A stretch of 63,936 nucleotides of DNA, filler included, from Dugesia japonica (Eukaryota), in assembly GCA_001938525.1 (NCBI GenBank). It is 6 parts of 6 records of this genome, joined end to end, with 100 filler letters (N's around TTAATTAATTAA, not from the genome) between each part and the next. Parts side by side here need not be neighbours in the genome. Positions count along the whole stretch, not along the records: positions 21,388 to 31,370 come from MQRL01559166.1; positions 31,471 to 43,421 come from MQRL01627359.1; 4 more parts are not named here. The stretch is one strand, 5' to 3'. The notes under the pieces were generated by a model. That model did no database searches, was not told where the DNA came from, and saw only the letters and a list, made by a program, of their open reading frames with translations. Position numbers and translations under genes: made by a program. This document shows, piece by piece, positions 27,898-40,580 of this stretch; positions within the stretch are counted from its first letter, which is position 1, and every line of letters starts with the position of its first letter.

Positions 27898-28796
27898 AGA
27901 ATAAAAACTGACTATACATTGCCTAAAGGAATAGTAACTAAAAAAGTTAGCTTACGGTGAAAAATGAGCTTGTTCTGAGTAGATAGATATTAGTGCATGT
28001 GACGACCCATCTCACTCTTCGCACCGCAAAAGCATAAATCAATAAATTTAAACAAAAACAAGTTGATTAACAGGATTCCTATAAAAAAAATAAATAAATA
28101 AAAAATAATGAATTGGAAAAAAAATTTAAAAATAGAAGTCATGGGGTTATCCTAGAAACCTCAATTCTAAATTATCCAAAACACCTGGCGTAGGTAAAAA
28201 AATAATTTATTAAAGTTTTCAAAATATTCAACTATTGCATTGAGATTACATTTTTATTTTAATAAGATTTTAAATTTTAAATAAAAAAAGTCACATTTCA
28301 GCATATTTTTTCTGTGTCGAAATTTTCATTATTTGTTATTATTTTTTTTTTGAATTAAAAAAAATTACTTATTTTCCTGTCAGTATTAAATAATATTTGA
28401 TTATACTTACTCATTGTTCTGATTATTTTTTGATTATTTCTTTCATCGTAATTAGATTTTCTTTGAATTATGTCTCGTTGATTTAAATCTCCAATTTCAA
28501 TATGCAAACAATTTTTTTTGTGTTCTGAATTGGTTTCCTTTAAACTAGACAAAAAACTTAATCGATGTTTTCATTTTTCTTTAAAATTTTCTGGCTTTTA
28601 ATTTGAAAGATTTATTTCATTTCGGATATTATTTGTTGGATTTCTGATGTATTTACTTTTCTTTGATGATTAATCATCATGATTTTCACTTTATCTTTAT
28701 TAATCATGAATATTTTTCACAAATATGTTTTCTCTCTTAAAAAAAAACAGCTAAAAAATATGCATTTTAAAATTTAATTTAGAAGCGTAACACAAT

Positions 28797-29300
28797 GTGA
28801 TATTTGAACGTTTGAGTATTAATTTAATTATTTTACAATGCGAAAGAATGTAAATGTAATTTAATCTGTATATTAATGATTGGATTATGAAATCTAATCA
28901 TTGACGTTTCATACAACACTCTCCCTTAAAATTTGAAATTTCAACATTCGCATTATTTTTATTATTATGCTCGGTAATATTACTTCCACCACCAAAACCC
29001 TTCTACAGAGATGACGGCCAGTCTCTTCAATTTATATACCATCACGCCCATTACATTTAAATCGATAAACAAAGTTAGAACACAAACTAATTGGTGTATG
29101 GGATTTAAAAAACAAAGGTATTAACAATCTATGTGATGAAGAAACTACTTTCAATAAAAGAAGATCCTTAACAGCCTTCANAATCGAATACTTAAACTTT
29201 TTAGATCCTTGAGAATAAGGATCGATAAAATAAATGGCCCAACACAGTTTGACAAATTTTTAACAGGTTCAGCTATATTCAACACTATATATTGATGATG
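28797..29300 (-). mobile_element. LTR retrotransposon 3' end fragment
   Basis: Minus-strand PPT TTTTAAGGGAGAG followed by TGTTGTATG...CA; decayed coding-like sequence upstream. Confidence 0.45.
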
Positions 29301-29906
29301 ATAATTAATCTATCGAAATATACAGGGGATTAGTTAAAAATGGGGCAAAAATTTAAGGGATTATTCCTTAGATGTTTGTACATATAAATATATTATTATA
29401 TCTTTTCAAATGATTTTTGTTTGATTTTTTTGGGATGCAATTCTATATTATGCGAATGGAAATTGTTTGTGTTTTTAAAATCTTTAAATGTGTGTATCTT
29501 TGAAACGAGATGACCTAGAAAAAAGTGTTACTNNNNNNNNNNNNNNNNNNNNNNNNNNNNNNNNNNNNNNNNNNNNNNNNNNNNNNNNNNNNNNNNNNNN
29601 NNNNNNNNNNNNNNNNNNNNNNNNNNNNNNNNNNNNNNNNNNNNNNNNNNNNNNNNNNNNNNNNNNNNNNNNNNNNNNNNNNNNNNNNNNNNNNNNNNNN
29701 NNNNNNNNNNNNNNNNNNNNNNNNNNNNNNNNNATTCCCCATCTCGATTTGAAAATAAAAATCCAAATCCCCAAAATCCCTAAATAAATGCCATTTTAGA
29801 CCCCCCCAAAATAAAAGTACGCTTCTGGACTAGGTAGTAACCCCGAGATTTTATAAAATTTATTTGAAGAGGTAATAAGAGGTGTGTTAAATTTTTCCTT
29901 TAGAAA

Positions 29907-31370
29907 ATGACGACAATAATGAATAAGTGTATTAGATGTGGACAAACATTTAGAAATAAAACAGGGTTATTAACCCATCTTACAATGAGATCATGTCAAA
30001 GACCTAAAGATAAAATTTATACTTGCACAAAATGTTTCAAAAGATTTGAAACTGAATCTGGATTAATAAAACATAAAAAGTCAGCAGTTTGTTGGAATCC
30101 AGTTGATGTGAATTTACATTGTGCAATTTGTAATAAAAATTTCAAAAGACAAGATTTAGCTAAATTACATTATAATGGAAGGGAGCATAATAAAAAAGTT
30201 AGAAGGAATCAACAATCACGAGAAATTGAACAATTAGAACAACTTGGGCTTGAACCATTTGAGGAAGAATCAATAAAACCAACATTAGCAAATTTATTTA
30301 ATAGTGAAACATACCCAGATTATGAAATTCAAATTGGATTAAATTCAATATTAAAAATGAAAAAAGATGTTAGTGAAATAAGACTCCAGTCAATTTTAGA
30401 TTTTCAACAAGAGATTACAACTATTGCAAAAAAAGTTTTTAATAGTCAAGGAAAATATAAGTTCCGAATAATTGCAAATGCTCTATATAGTAAAGAAAAT
30501 AAAACAAATACTTTCNNNNNNNNNNNNNNNNNNNNNNNNNNNNNNNNNNNNNNNNNNNNNNNNNNAAAAATGAAAAAAGATGTCAGTGAAATAAAATCCC
30601 AATCAATTTTAGATTTCCAACAAGAGATTACAAATATTGGAAAAAAAGTTTTTGATAGTCAAGGAAAATATAAGTTCCGAATAATTGCAAATGCTGTATA
30701 CAGCAAAGAAAATAAAACAAATACTTTCCATTCATATTCAAATAATAATAATGTTTACATAAAAAGGAAAGTTCCAAAAGTTGTACTTATGGGTTTAAAA
30801 AATTTACAAAAATTTATTAGACATGAAGCCAGAAATGAATCGAATTGGAATTTGGATTATATTAAAGATTTTACAATTGAANNNNNNNNNNNNNNNNNNN
30901 NNNNNNNNNNNNNNNNNNNNNNNNNNNNNNNATTAAAGATTTTACAATTGAATTTGTGAGATATGAATCAATAGTTGGGGCCACATATAAAGAATTACCA
31001 TTTTCGAAAATAGGAGTAATTAATAAAAAAAATGATGATGATAAATGTTTCTTATATTCGATTTTGGCCCATAGGTATCCAACAAATGATCATCCAGATT
31101 ATGTTAGTAATTATTCACCATATTTATCAGAATTAAAATATAATGGATTAGAATTTCCAATGAAANNNNNNNNNNNNNNNNNNNNNNNNNNNNNNNNNNN
31201 NNNNNNNNNNNNNNTTTTTGAAGTAAATAAAAATAAAAAAATATCACCACTTAGAATTAAACATTATGAGACAAAAACCAATCCTGAAGATAATAAATGT
31301 AATTTATTAATTTATGAAAATCATTATTTATTATGTAGAGATGTTAATGTTTTTCATAGACATCGAGGTA
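29907..31370 (+). CDS. Polinton pPolB N-terminal region: three C2H2-like fingers plus Cys/His (vOTU-like) module
   Basis: CIRC..H..C, CTKC..H..C, CAIC..H..H fingers, then GATYKELP..VIN..NDDDKCFLYSILAH.YP...P.YVSNY..Y..EL...GLEFP...NLLIYENHY, typical of Polinton pPolB N-termini. The two ORFs join across gap-associated duplications. Confidence 0.75.
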
Positions 31371-31472
31371 NNNNNNNNNNNNNNNNNNNNNNNNNNNNNN
31401 NNNNNNNNNNNNNNTTAATTAATTAANNNNNNNNNNNNNNNNNNNNNNNNNNNNNNNNNNNNNNNNNNNNAC

Positions 31473-31580
31473 AATATAGAAATAAATATACGTGATGATA
31501 GTGGAAAACTAGTCAATTTTGCCGAAGACTCAAAAACACATTTGACGTTACATTTTAGAAACATTAATAATGGACCCTGA
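31473..31580 (+). pseudogene. Polinton minor capsid (penton) C-terminus
   Basis: NIEINIRDDSGKLVNFAEDSKTHLTLHFR matches the IEI.I.D..G..V.F......LHFR ending; upstream of core and MCP genes. Confidence 0.75.
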
Positions 31581-32007
31581 TATTGTATCATTGTATAGTA
31601 CTAGTCAAACAGGTGGAAAATTGCCTTATTTTCTTGGAAAACAGTATGTATCTGGTTGGTTACGAATAATAATTAGATTTGTTTTACCTATTCTTAGATG
31701 TATAGGTATTTTTGGTTTGAAAATAGCTCCAAATTTACAAGCTAATGACAGAAAAATACTACCAACATTGAAATCAAATGCATTAGCTGAACGTGGAAAT
31801 GTAGTTTCTTCCTTATCTAGTGAAGTTACCAGTATGATTCCAAATGTAGCAGGTATATTACCTTAAATTATAACCAATAAAATAACATCTAAAATAACTA
31901 ATATGCTAGTAAATCAACCCAAAACAACTAATGAAAAACGTAAAAAATCGCATGCATCACGTATAAACAAACGAATGAGAGGTCGTGGAACAATATTTGA
32001 AAAGTGA
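31570..32007 (+). pseudogene. Polinton small core/membrane-active protein with basic tail
   Basis: QTGGKLPYFLGKQYVSGWLRIIIRFVLPILR amphipathic motif; one internal TAA, then KRKKSHASRINKRMRGRGTIFEK*. Confidence 0.6.
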
Positions 32008-33213
32008 TTTGCCGTAAAACTGAATTATGTATTTTTGATCAACCATCTCTACAAGCTGTAATTGAAAGTGGTAGTTTTGAAGATGTCTTTCCTATAAATG
32101 AAATTTCTGAATCACAATGCAATGTAGAAATTTTAATAAATGGATCTCAAACAGAATATTTGGATTTGAATGCTACTTTATTGTATATTAAAGTGAAGGA
32201 AGTTGATAAGGATGGTAAAGATATGACTGAGACTCAAGATGCAATTCCTAGAAACTATATGCTGCATGCGCTTTTTAAGGATGTAATTCTTTCGTTTAAT
32301 AATTTCAAAATTGAAGGTAGAAATGGATTTTATCTTCACAAAGTATTTATTGAAACTATAATAAATTATAATGGTGATAGTAAGAATATATGTCTTACAG
32401 CAAGGGGATATGAATCAGAAGCAGATTGAAAAAAGTCTATTACAACATCAAAACAATTATCTATATGTGGTTCATTACAACTTGATTTCATGGATCAGCC
32501 AAAATACCTTATTACAGGGGTCAATGTTCATATTCGGTTGAAACGTGCATCTTCTAAGATTTGTTTGGAATCTGCTGCCAATGAACCTAAATATGTAATA
32601 CTAAATGCAAAATTAATAGTTAGACGTGTACGCGTTGAACCCTCAGTACTATTTGCTCATCAACTGTGTCTAAAAAAGCAAAATGGTGTTTATCCAAAAA
32701 GAACCAAAGAAGTCATTGCATTTGCAATTAGTAAAGACAGTTCATCGTTTTATAAGGAACAAATCTTTGGTGATCGTCGATTACCTAGCTTTATTTTGGT
32801 TACATTTTAATATAATGGTAGTTATAAAAGTACGAGTTCAACATTTCAAAATGTAGATGCGGTTTCCGTTTCCTTGACGAAAAACACCGATTATCGAGAA
32901 ACATATACTCAAGATTTTAGAAACGATAATTATGCCCCAAAATATATTGCAATCTATAATAAGAAATATTGGATATTTTGATAAGAATATGAATTGTGGC
33001 ATAACACTTAGTGATTTTAAGGATAATTATCTTGTCTTTACATTTGTTCTTGCTCTAGATCTTGATTTAAATCAGAGTCAATTACCTCAACAAGGAAATT
33101 TGAGATTGGATATCAAGTCATCCAAAGCTTTAACAACATCGGCATATGTTATAACTTATGGAGTATTTGATAAGGAAATTCAGATTAATGCAAACGAAAC
33201 AGTATTGGTGTAA
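32004..33213 (+). pseudogene. Polinton/Maverick major capsid protein (double jelly-roll)
   Basis: Three consecutive ORF pieces (~400 aa) with K.EL.IF..P..Q, EYLDL..TLLY, LH.LF..V, QPKYL..GV...IRL.R and GNLRLDIK motifs; stops and frameshifts. Confidence 0.88.
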
Positions 33214-33279
33214 ACAAAATGTTGTGTAATCGATACATGTGATGAAGTAAGTGTTGTTATATTAATGATTTTTATTTTA

Positions 33280-33657
33280 ATAGTACTATTCAGATTGATA
33301 GAGTTGCATCAAAGTTGCTTGGATCAGCATGACTAGGTGTTTATGCGTTAGATAAACTTCCAAATTATATTCCAGTAAACAATGCCTTAATTGTCAATAC
33401 TCATCAATACATCAAATCTAGATTCAGAACATTGGATAGCTGTTTACAATAAACCTGCTCAAATACTGGTATTCGATCCATTAGCATTTTATTATCCATC
33501 AATGTTGGTGTCGCACTTATCGAAATTATCAAAGCCAATGGTCTACAATAAACTCCGATATCAAAATCCATTTACAACTACATGTGGTAAACACTGTTTA
33601 TTATGGTTGAAAAACAACATTGTACTTGACAGATTTATTTGTACTTGTTTAAAATAA
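33280..33657 (+). pseudogene. Polinton adenain-like cysteine protease
   Basis: LGVYALDKLP...NLDSEHWIAVY...FDPL...YQNPFTTTCGKHCL (His/Asp/Gln/Cys catalytic pattern); frameshift and stop. Confidence 0.88.
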
Positions 33658-34879
33658 ATGTTTTTTATTGAAATTAAATCTTTTTTGTTTATTAAAACTA
33701 ATAATAAAAAGAACATAATACAAAGTAACAACATTTATTTATAAAATATTTGTAATTATTATGCTATTAATGCATATTTTATTATTATTTTGACACGTTG
33801 TATTATCAAAAAATTAAAATTAATTTAAAATACCGCAACGTAATATGTCTGCAATATTTTAAAAACTATACACACATACTTACATCTGATTGGTTAGATT
33901 TGCAAACCCAGGTTAAGTTTATTATTCTTTATCATAATTTCAAATTATTCTTATAAATCAAGTGAACAATTTGAGAGAGATTAAGTAAGCTATTATTAGT
34001 ATCATTTATTTATTTATTTATTTATTTTAGATATATTATGATATATTTAGATATATTTTAGATATATCTATAAACAAAATCGAGTAAGGTTTATTTCATC
34101 TATGAATGAAGTAAATTTGTTGTTTTTTATAATCTATAAACAAAATCGAGTAAGGTTTATTTCATCTATGAATGAAGTAAATTTGTTGTTTTTTATTAAT
34201 TAATTAATTAATTTGATAATTTAGAAATCAAATATCAGTGAAATGAAACAAAACGAAATACAAAGAGGTGAAGGATCATGGATGATCACGAATGCAGATA
34301 GACGTTAGTTCTTTGATCTTTATTATGTTTTTTTTATTAATTTTATTTACATTTTTCTTTAAAAACTATTATGCTAATTTATTATGAAGAACAAATATTC
34401 TATGCTATGTTCCATGCTATGATATTATGAAGAAATGCTCTATGTTTTTATCATTTTTCTAAGAAAAGTTCCCAGCTAATATGTTTTTTACGGAAAAAGT
34501 TCTATGCTTTTATCATTTTTCTGAGAAAAGTTTCTAGCTATTATGTTTTTTATGAGAAAGTTTCTATTTGTTACATCATAGAGGTTCAAATCATGTGGTT
34601 TTAATGGTTTCTTACAACCCATTATTCTACATTTTCATGATATGAAGAAAATAATTATAAATTTATCACTTTTGACTTTGAATTGATATGTTTTTCCTAA
34701 AGGAAAGCTCATTTTCTTTGTTACTTCTTGCAACACTTCACATCTGTAATAAATATTGGTTATCATAATTAAGGAATTAAAGAAGAACATTGGGATTTTG
34801 ATGGAATTAATTTAATTGCTCCGTTAAAATAAATGTAAACAATGTATGAGTAAATTAAAGAAAACAAAATGGAGAAATT

Positions 34880-35450
34880 GAGAAATGATGCAGTTTATCA
34901 AATTGTTAGATCTAAACAGCTGATGATTCTTAGAAACCATTCAAAATTTTTCGACTGAGACCTTTTCATCATTACTAAAGCCGTCAACATATGTGTAATG
35001 GTTGATGCAGCTATTTTTTAAAGTTAAGTCTTTGGCTTTTATTGTTTCTTTCTCAGAAAGTAAGATGTAAACTTTTAGACTTAAGTATATCCATTCTAAA
35101 TACTTTTTTCCTTTATTCTTATTTTTACACTTATCAATGATAGATTTCAATGTATATCTTTGGTTTGAAGTATCTAATAATCCGTCTTTCTTCATCAATC
35201 CAGTTAGTTTTTCTATACTTATATAAACCAAATCTAGAAAGAAATCGCTGTCAGTATCACCAGCTACAATATTAATACTAAATTTTTCTTCTTTTCTGTA
35301 CATATTACTTGATATACTGTAGCTGGTACATTCGTAATTTGCTAAAGTCAAGATCAGATTGATCAATGTAGCTTGGACGATCTAAACATACTGTCTTTTT
35401 GTTGGGTATTTCTACTCAACAAGTTATTTTATGGTTCATTTGTTTTATAA
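34880..35450 (-). pseudogene. Polinton pPolB palm/C-terminal relic
   Basis: LDRPSYI...LDFSK, motif C GDTDS, LLDTSN, IKAK; convergent with the capsid module. Confidence 0.82.
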
Positions 35451-36479
35451 CTATTGTTCGATAGTATGTCTATGAATTTACGGGTGTTTGANTTTACCCT
35501 GTATATGTTAATATGATATTATATAATAAATATCTTTAACTGAAAATTATAAATAATGTAATATGTGTAAGTGCCCTATATAAATAAACCAAAGATAAAC
35601 CTTTTACTATAATATATTTGGATGTATAAAAATAATATAGGTACAAGCCTAAGACCTTATTCAGCAGTATTTTAAATCAGGTTGACAATGCCGCCCAGAG
35701 AGGTTGGATGTCAACTGACTAAAAGTTACTGAAAAACTACTGAAACAGATTAGTATTTATACTAATTCTGACAAGTGGATTTTCACACGCATATAACATT
35801 AAAATATATCAATTAATAAAAATAAATGTCACCTGTATTTGTTTTTGCAAAAAGAAATCAATAAAATATATTACTTCCCCAATGAAGATTAAATTCCAAA
35901 AATTTTTTCATACACAATACACAAAATTTCTTCTAACAAAATTAATCAATAATTCAAATAAATAAAGTCAATTTTCTATGTACAAAATATCTTACAAGAA
36001 AAATCAATCAATAATTTCATTTACAAAATAAATAAAGTCAGATAAATAATTTTGAAAATCATTTAATTAGTCAATTAAATAGGATGGAGATCCATTATTT
36101 TTTGATGATTAATGAGTTTGGATCTGGAGATTGAGGATATTGATTTGATTTGATTCTTCTTTTTTTCTTTTCATTGATTTTGAATATATCTTTATTTACA
36201 TGCTATGTATATGTATCTATATTTGTTTATTACTTTGTGATATATGTATCTATTGCTTTTTAACCTCAACATCTTAATTCATTAAAGCTGCTATCAGCTT
36301 TTCTGCAATTTTGAATTATTTCCATAAGCTGGGTTTATAAGCATATGTTACTAGCTTTTTACTAGTAGAACATAATCACAAATCAATACTTTTCTTTAAA
36401 CTTTCGATCGATTTCCCATACAAACTGTTGTTCATAAGTTTGGTGTGTTTTTTCTCAAGCTCATTGTAACTTTGCAAAT

Positions 36480-37370
36480 ATTACACTCGTAAACTTTATA
36501 TTACACAGTTAATGTGTAAATAATATACTTAAAAACCCTATAATACACGGTTACTATGTAAATAATACCCTTATAAACATTATATTACTCAGTTGCTATG
36601 TAAATAATACACTCAAAACGCTAAACAAACATAAAATTATTTACTTATAGGCTGTTATAAAGGCTTATAAGGTAATTTTATAATTATAACAGTAATTTTA
36701 AGTTATATATGAAAAGATACCCACACTCATGAACACTATATTACTCAGTTATTATGTAAATTATACACTCAAAACTTGAAATTACTTTTTTACTTTGACA
36801 TAATACCAGGTCATTAGGTAAATAATACACTGAAAATCTTATATGACATAGTGAGTATGTAAATAATACACTCATAAACCCTATATAATCATAACAACAT
36901 TTACTTATAAATTTTATATAGACCTTAAAGGTATTTTTACAGTAATTTTTAATTAATCTTGTAATGTAAATTAATATGTAAATAATATAAGGTACATATG
37001 TAAATAATATAAGTTAACCATGTAAATAATACACTGGTTACTATAATATAATACACGGTTACTTTGTATATAATACAAGGTAACTATGCAAATAATACAT
37101 TCATTAACCCTATAATATACAGTTACTATGTAAATATGCAAGCTAACTATGCAAATAATGCACTTGTAAACATTATATTACACGGTTAATATGTAAATAA
37201 TATACTCATAAACCTTATAATCCACGGTTGCTATGTAAATAATACACTACTAAACCCTATAATGCATGGTTGCTATGTAAATAATACAAGATAACTATTT
37301 AAATAATACACTCATAAACCCTATATACTCATTAACCCTATACAATCATAAAAATATTTTCTTAGAAGTT
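36480..37370. repeat. Degenerate minisatellite (~22/44-bp units, core TATGTAAATAATACAC)
   Basis: Many copies of the core alternating with related ACTCATAAACCCTA / GGTTAC linkers. Confidence 0.85.
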
Positions 37371-37535
37371 TTTATATAGACTTATTAGTTATATATGGAA
37401 AGGTTCCATGAGTTTATGATTTTTATGAAAAAAGTTTGTTTTTTTTATCATTTTGTACTGAAAAATTATCAGCTAATATGCATTTTTGAAAAATTGCATG
37501 ACTAATTTGTTTTTATAGAAAACTTGCATGACTAA

Positions 37536-38760
37536 TGTTAGGTAAATCTTCAACTGGTAATTCATTTTGCAAATCACAACTAATATTTTTAGACATTTTT
37601 ATTTTACTATTTCAACACATGTTTCATAAATTAAATAATATTGAAATACTAGAATTTCAATATAAATATTCAGATAACTCAATTTCTATTGGATGAGATT
37701 ATTAATTAATAATTATTTCCTCATATCTTCCTTCTTAAGAAACTTCCTTAGTTTTCCCACATTTATTTTTAATCGTTGTCCATAAACTTCTTGTACCGCA
37801 TACCACATTTCATGAATTTTCTCAATTATTCGATAAGGTTTTTCAAATATGTCTTGATTTTTATTTCTAGTTTCTACTTTGATGAGTACAACTTCGCCTA
37901 CTTTGAATTCTCTTTTAATAATCACGTCTAAAATATTTTCTTTAGTTCTATCTGAAACGCGTGACTCGTACCACTTTTCTCTGCTAAGTTTCTTTCCAAA
38001 AACGATCTCAGCCGGGCTCTTTCCAATCATCTTCTGTTTGGTTGCGTTCATTGTAAATTCTATTTTCGATAAAAGATCTGCCCAATATGTTGTCTTTCTT
38101 TCCGAAATTGTTGCATTAATCAAATCTTGAATTGTTTTGAACTGTCTTTCAATTTGTCCGTTTCCATTATGATGATATGGACTCGAAAAGCAAAGTTTAA
38201 TATCTAGCTTTAGTGCAAACTCTCTCAACTCTGGATTCAAAGGCCTTCCCACAATCTAGTATTATCTCTCTCGGGCATCCAAATCTCAATATTCACTTTT
38301 TAAAAATAGCTTTTCGTATTGTTTCCTCTTCTTGTCTAGCAGTGGTAAAAGAACAAGATATTTATTGTACTGGTCGATTATTCCAAGAATGCATTTTTTC
38401 AGTCCACTTTTTTCCCGCATTGGCTCACATATATCTGTGAATATCACTTCAAATAAAATGGTAGCTTCTAAACTCTTTGTCTTCTCTTTAGTTGGTGTTG
38501 TCACTACTTTGGTCCTCTGACAAATTTCACAACTACGTACTATCTTCTGTATTTTGCTCCACAAATTCTTTGCAATATATTTATTTCTCATATATTCGTA
38601 CACTTTTTCAACTCCTGCATGACATAATAATTTATGTATTTTTTCTATTGTTTCATGTAGTTTGTCATCCGGAATTTCCATTTTCTTGATCAAATCTGTT
38701 TCCTCAGAAATGTTTAATCTTCAAAATATTAAAGGCTCTGGTTAATCGCTCTCGTTTTTT
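37536..38760 (-). mobile_element. Ty3/gypsy integrase pseudogene with probable 3' LTR
   Basis: HHCC (HKLLCH...CEIC), IFTDIC, SSPYHHNGNGQIER; frameshifted. Purine tract then ~190-bp LTR-like segment ending CA at 37536. Confidence 0.85.
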
Positions 38761-39359
38761 AATTTGTCCCCAAATTTCGCTTCAATATTGCAAATGTAAT
38801 TTTCAACTTCTTTATTCGCTTTGTTATCAACCTTGCAATAAGTATGCAACTCAGATGCAACACACATGCACTGAAAATCACGTGCCTGGGAATTTTAGAC
38901 TGTTCCATACCATGCAAAATATAGAGACTCTAATGCAAAATATCAAGACTGCTCCATCTCATACATAAATATAAAGTCTTCTCAAAAGTAATTTTAAATT
39001 TCCCCCGATTTAATAAATAATTTACCCCCTCCCTTCCGTCCTCGCTTTCTCCTTTCCCACTACTCTCCCAGCATGACTCTTATATTTTCCTACTAATAGT
39101 AGACATATTGATTGCTATTGATAATTACTATCTTTTATAATAGATCATTTAAAGTAATTTTTAAATCAAATGTTATAAATATTAAAATAATATTAGATTA
39201 AAATTATACTAAAAAAATCATATTAAAAGTTTGATCATAAAATTAAACATTTAGTAATTGAGAATTAATAATGAAAATTAAATAAAACAAAACAAAGTAA
39301 AATTATAAATATAAATTTAATTGAACTTTAAAAGCTCAAAATAAAACATCAAATTTTAA

Positions 39360-39570
39360 AATTTACATGTATATAATTCATGTTTAAAAAAATGACCCTA
39401 AAATTAAATATATTCAAAAAATGACCATAAAATAATACATGTTAAAAGATTTACACTAAAAAATACATAATAATATAATAATAATTAAACAGTCAAAAAT
39501 AGACCCTAAATTAATTCATGTTAAAAAAATGACCCTAAAACACATGTTAAAATTCTACACCTAGGGTCAT
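39360..39570. repeat. Short tandem repeats (ATGTTAAAAAAATGACCCTAAA, ~30 bp)
   Basis: About six degenerate copies ending in an inverted TAGGGTCATTT. Confidence 0.6.
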
Positions 39571-39579
39571 TTAGAATAG

Positions 39580-40580
39580 TTTTATTTTTTTTCGACAACA
39601 TAGCATTTTTAGCTGTTAGATAATGTTTAGGCAGTTTTTAATTCTGAGTTTTATGACTGATTTAATTAATTTTGAGCTTATAAAATCAATATTGTCTGAG
39701 AAATTTATAAATCACAGTCAAGGTGGTTTAGTGCATTAAAACCTTTTCTGAGAGAACCAAGCATATTTATATAACAACCCCTTTATAAATTTTAATCAGT
39801 TTTTTATCTAAGAATATTGTTACAAAACTCAACATCATACGATAATTTTTGACTGAGAAATTAATTAATGAAATTTTTTATTAAAAACTTAAACCACGTT
39901 TTTCATAGATAAGAAAGCATTTTTAGACGTTTTGCATCAATATTTTTCTGACCTACGTTTTAATTCTATAAAATGATACCATTTTCAATCCAAAACAATC
40001 AAACCACTAGAAGCGGGTACTGATCCAGTACGCTAGTACTTTTTCTGAGAGAACCAATCATATTTTGAGAAAAGTATATTCCTATAGAGTTTTTAATTCA
40101 GAGTTGAATGGTATAAAATTATTTTAAAAATTATTAATAATATCGATTATAATTTATAATTAATTATATGATTATATAATATTTCTTAAACCACGCATTT
40201 TTAGCTATAAGTCTTTAAAGAAATGTATAGTCAACTTTTTATTCTGAGTTTAATGATACACAAATTATCACTATTGACGAGAAAATTCTAAACCAATTTC
40301 AAAGGGATTTAGTTTGCTAGTATCTTCATCTCGAGAACCAAAATTTATTTCTACAAAAGTAATATGAAATCTATATAGATAATTTAATTATGAGTTCAAC
40401 CATAAAATNAAAATTGACCGGAAAATTTGAAACCAAAGATTTTACCAATAAAATTCGAAATCGAAAAACTTTTCTACTCAAGTATTTGACCAAACAAATT
40501 TAGAAAATATTGAACCAAAAAATTTAAACCACTTAACTGGTGGGAGGCAAAGTTATTTAGTGTGCTAGTACCTATCTACT
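39580..40580 (-). repeat. Putative Polinton right terminal region of ~290-bp degenerate units, ending ...CTATCTACT
   Basis: rc terminus AGTAGATAGGTACTAGCACACTA; units share ttttaattctgagtt, aaaccac and gagaaccaa blocks. Confidence 0.55.

Larger units (their letters stand above)
27978..31370 (+). mobile_element. Left end of a Polinton/Maverick (terminus plus pPolB N-terminus), truncated by contig end
   Basis: Starts AGTAGATAGATATTAGTGCA, similar to motifs at 40580(rc) and 55255; pPolB ORF ~1.9 kb inside. Confidence 0.6.

Noticed and set aside
30355-30730. Internal tandem domain duplication in pPolB
   Set aside because: The copies straddle an N gap; could be haplotype or paralog overlap and cannot be resolved here.
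29907-33657. One continuous Polinton from ZnF-pPolB to the capsid genes
   Set aside because: An artificial spacer at 31371-31470 separates the parts.
34066-34196. Exact ~65-bp tandem duplication
   Set aside because: Identical copies in non-coding DNA; probably assembly overlap or trivial slippage.
36480-37370. CRISPR array
   Set aside because: Eukaryotic context, no cas genes, linkers short and homologous to one another.
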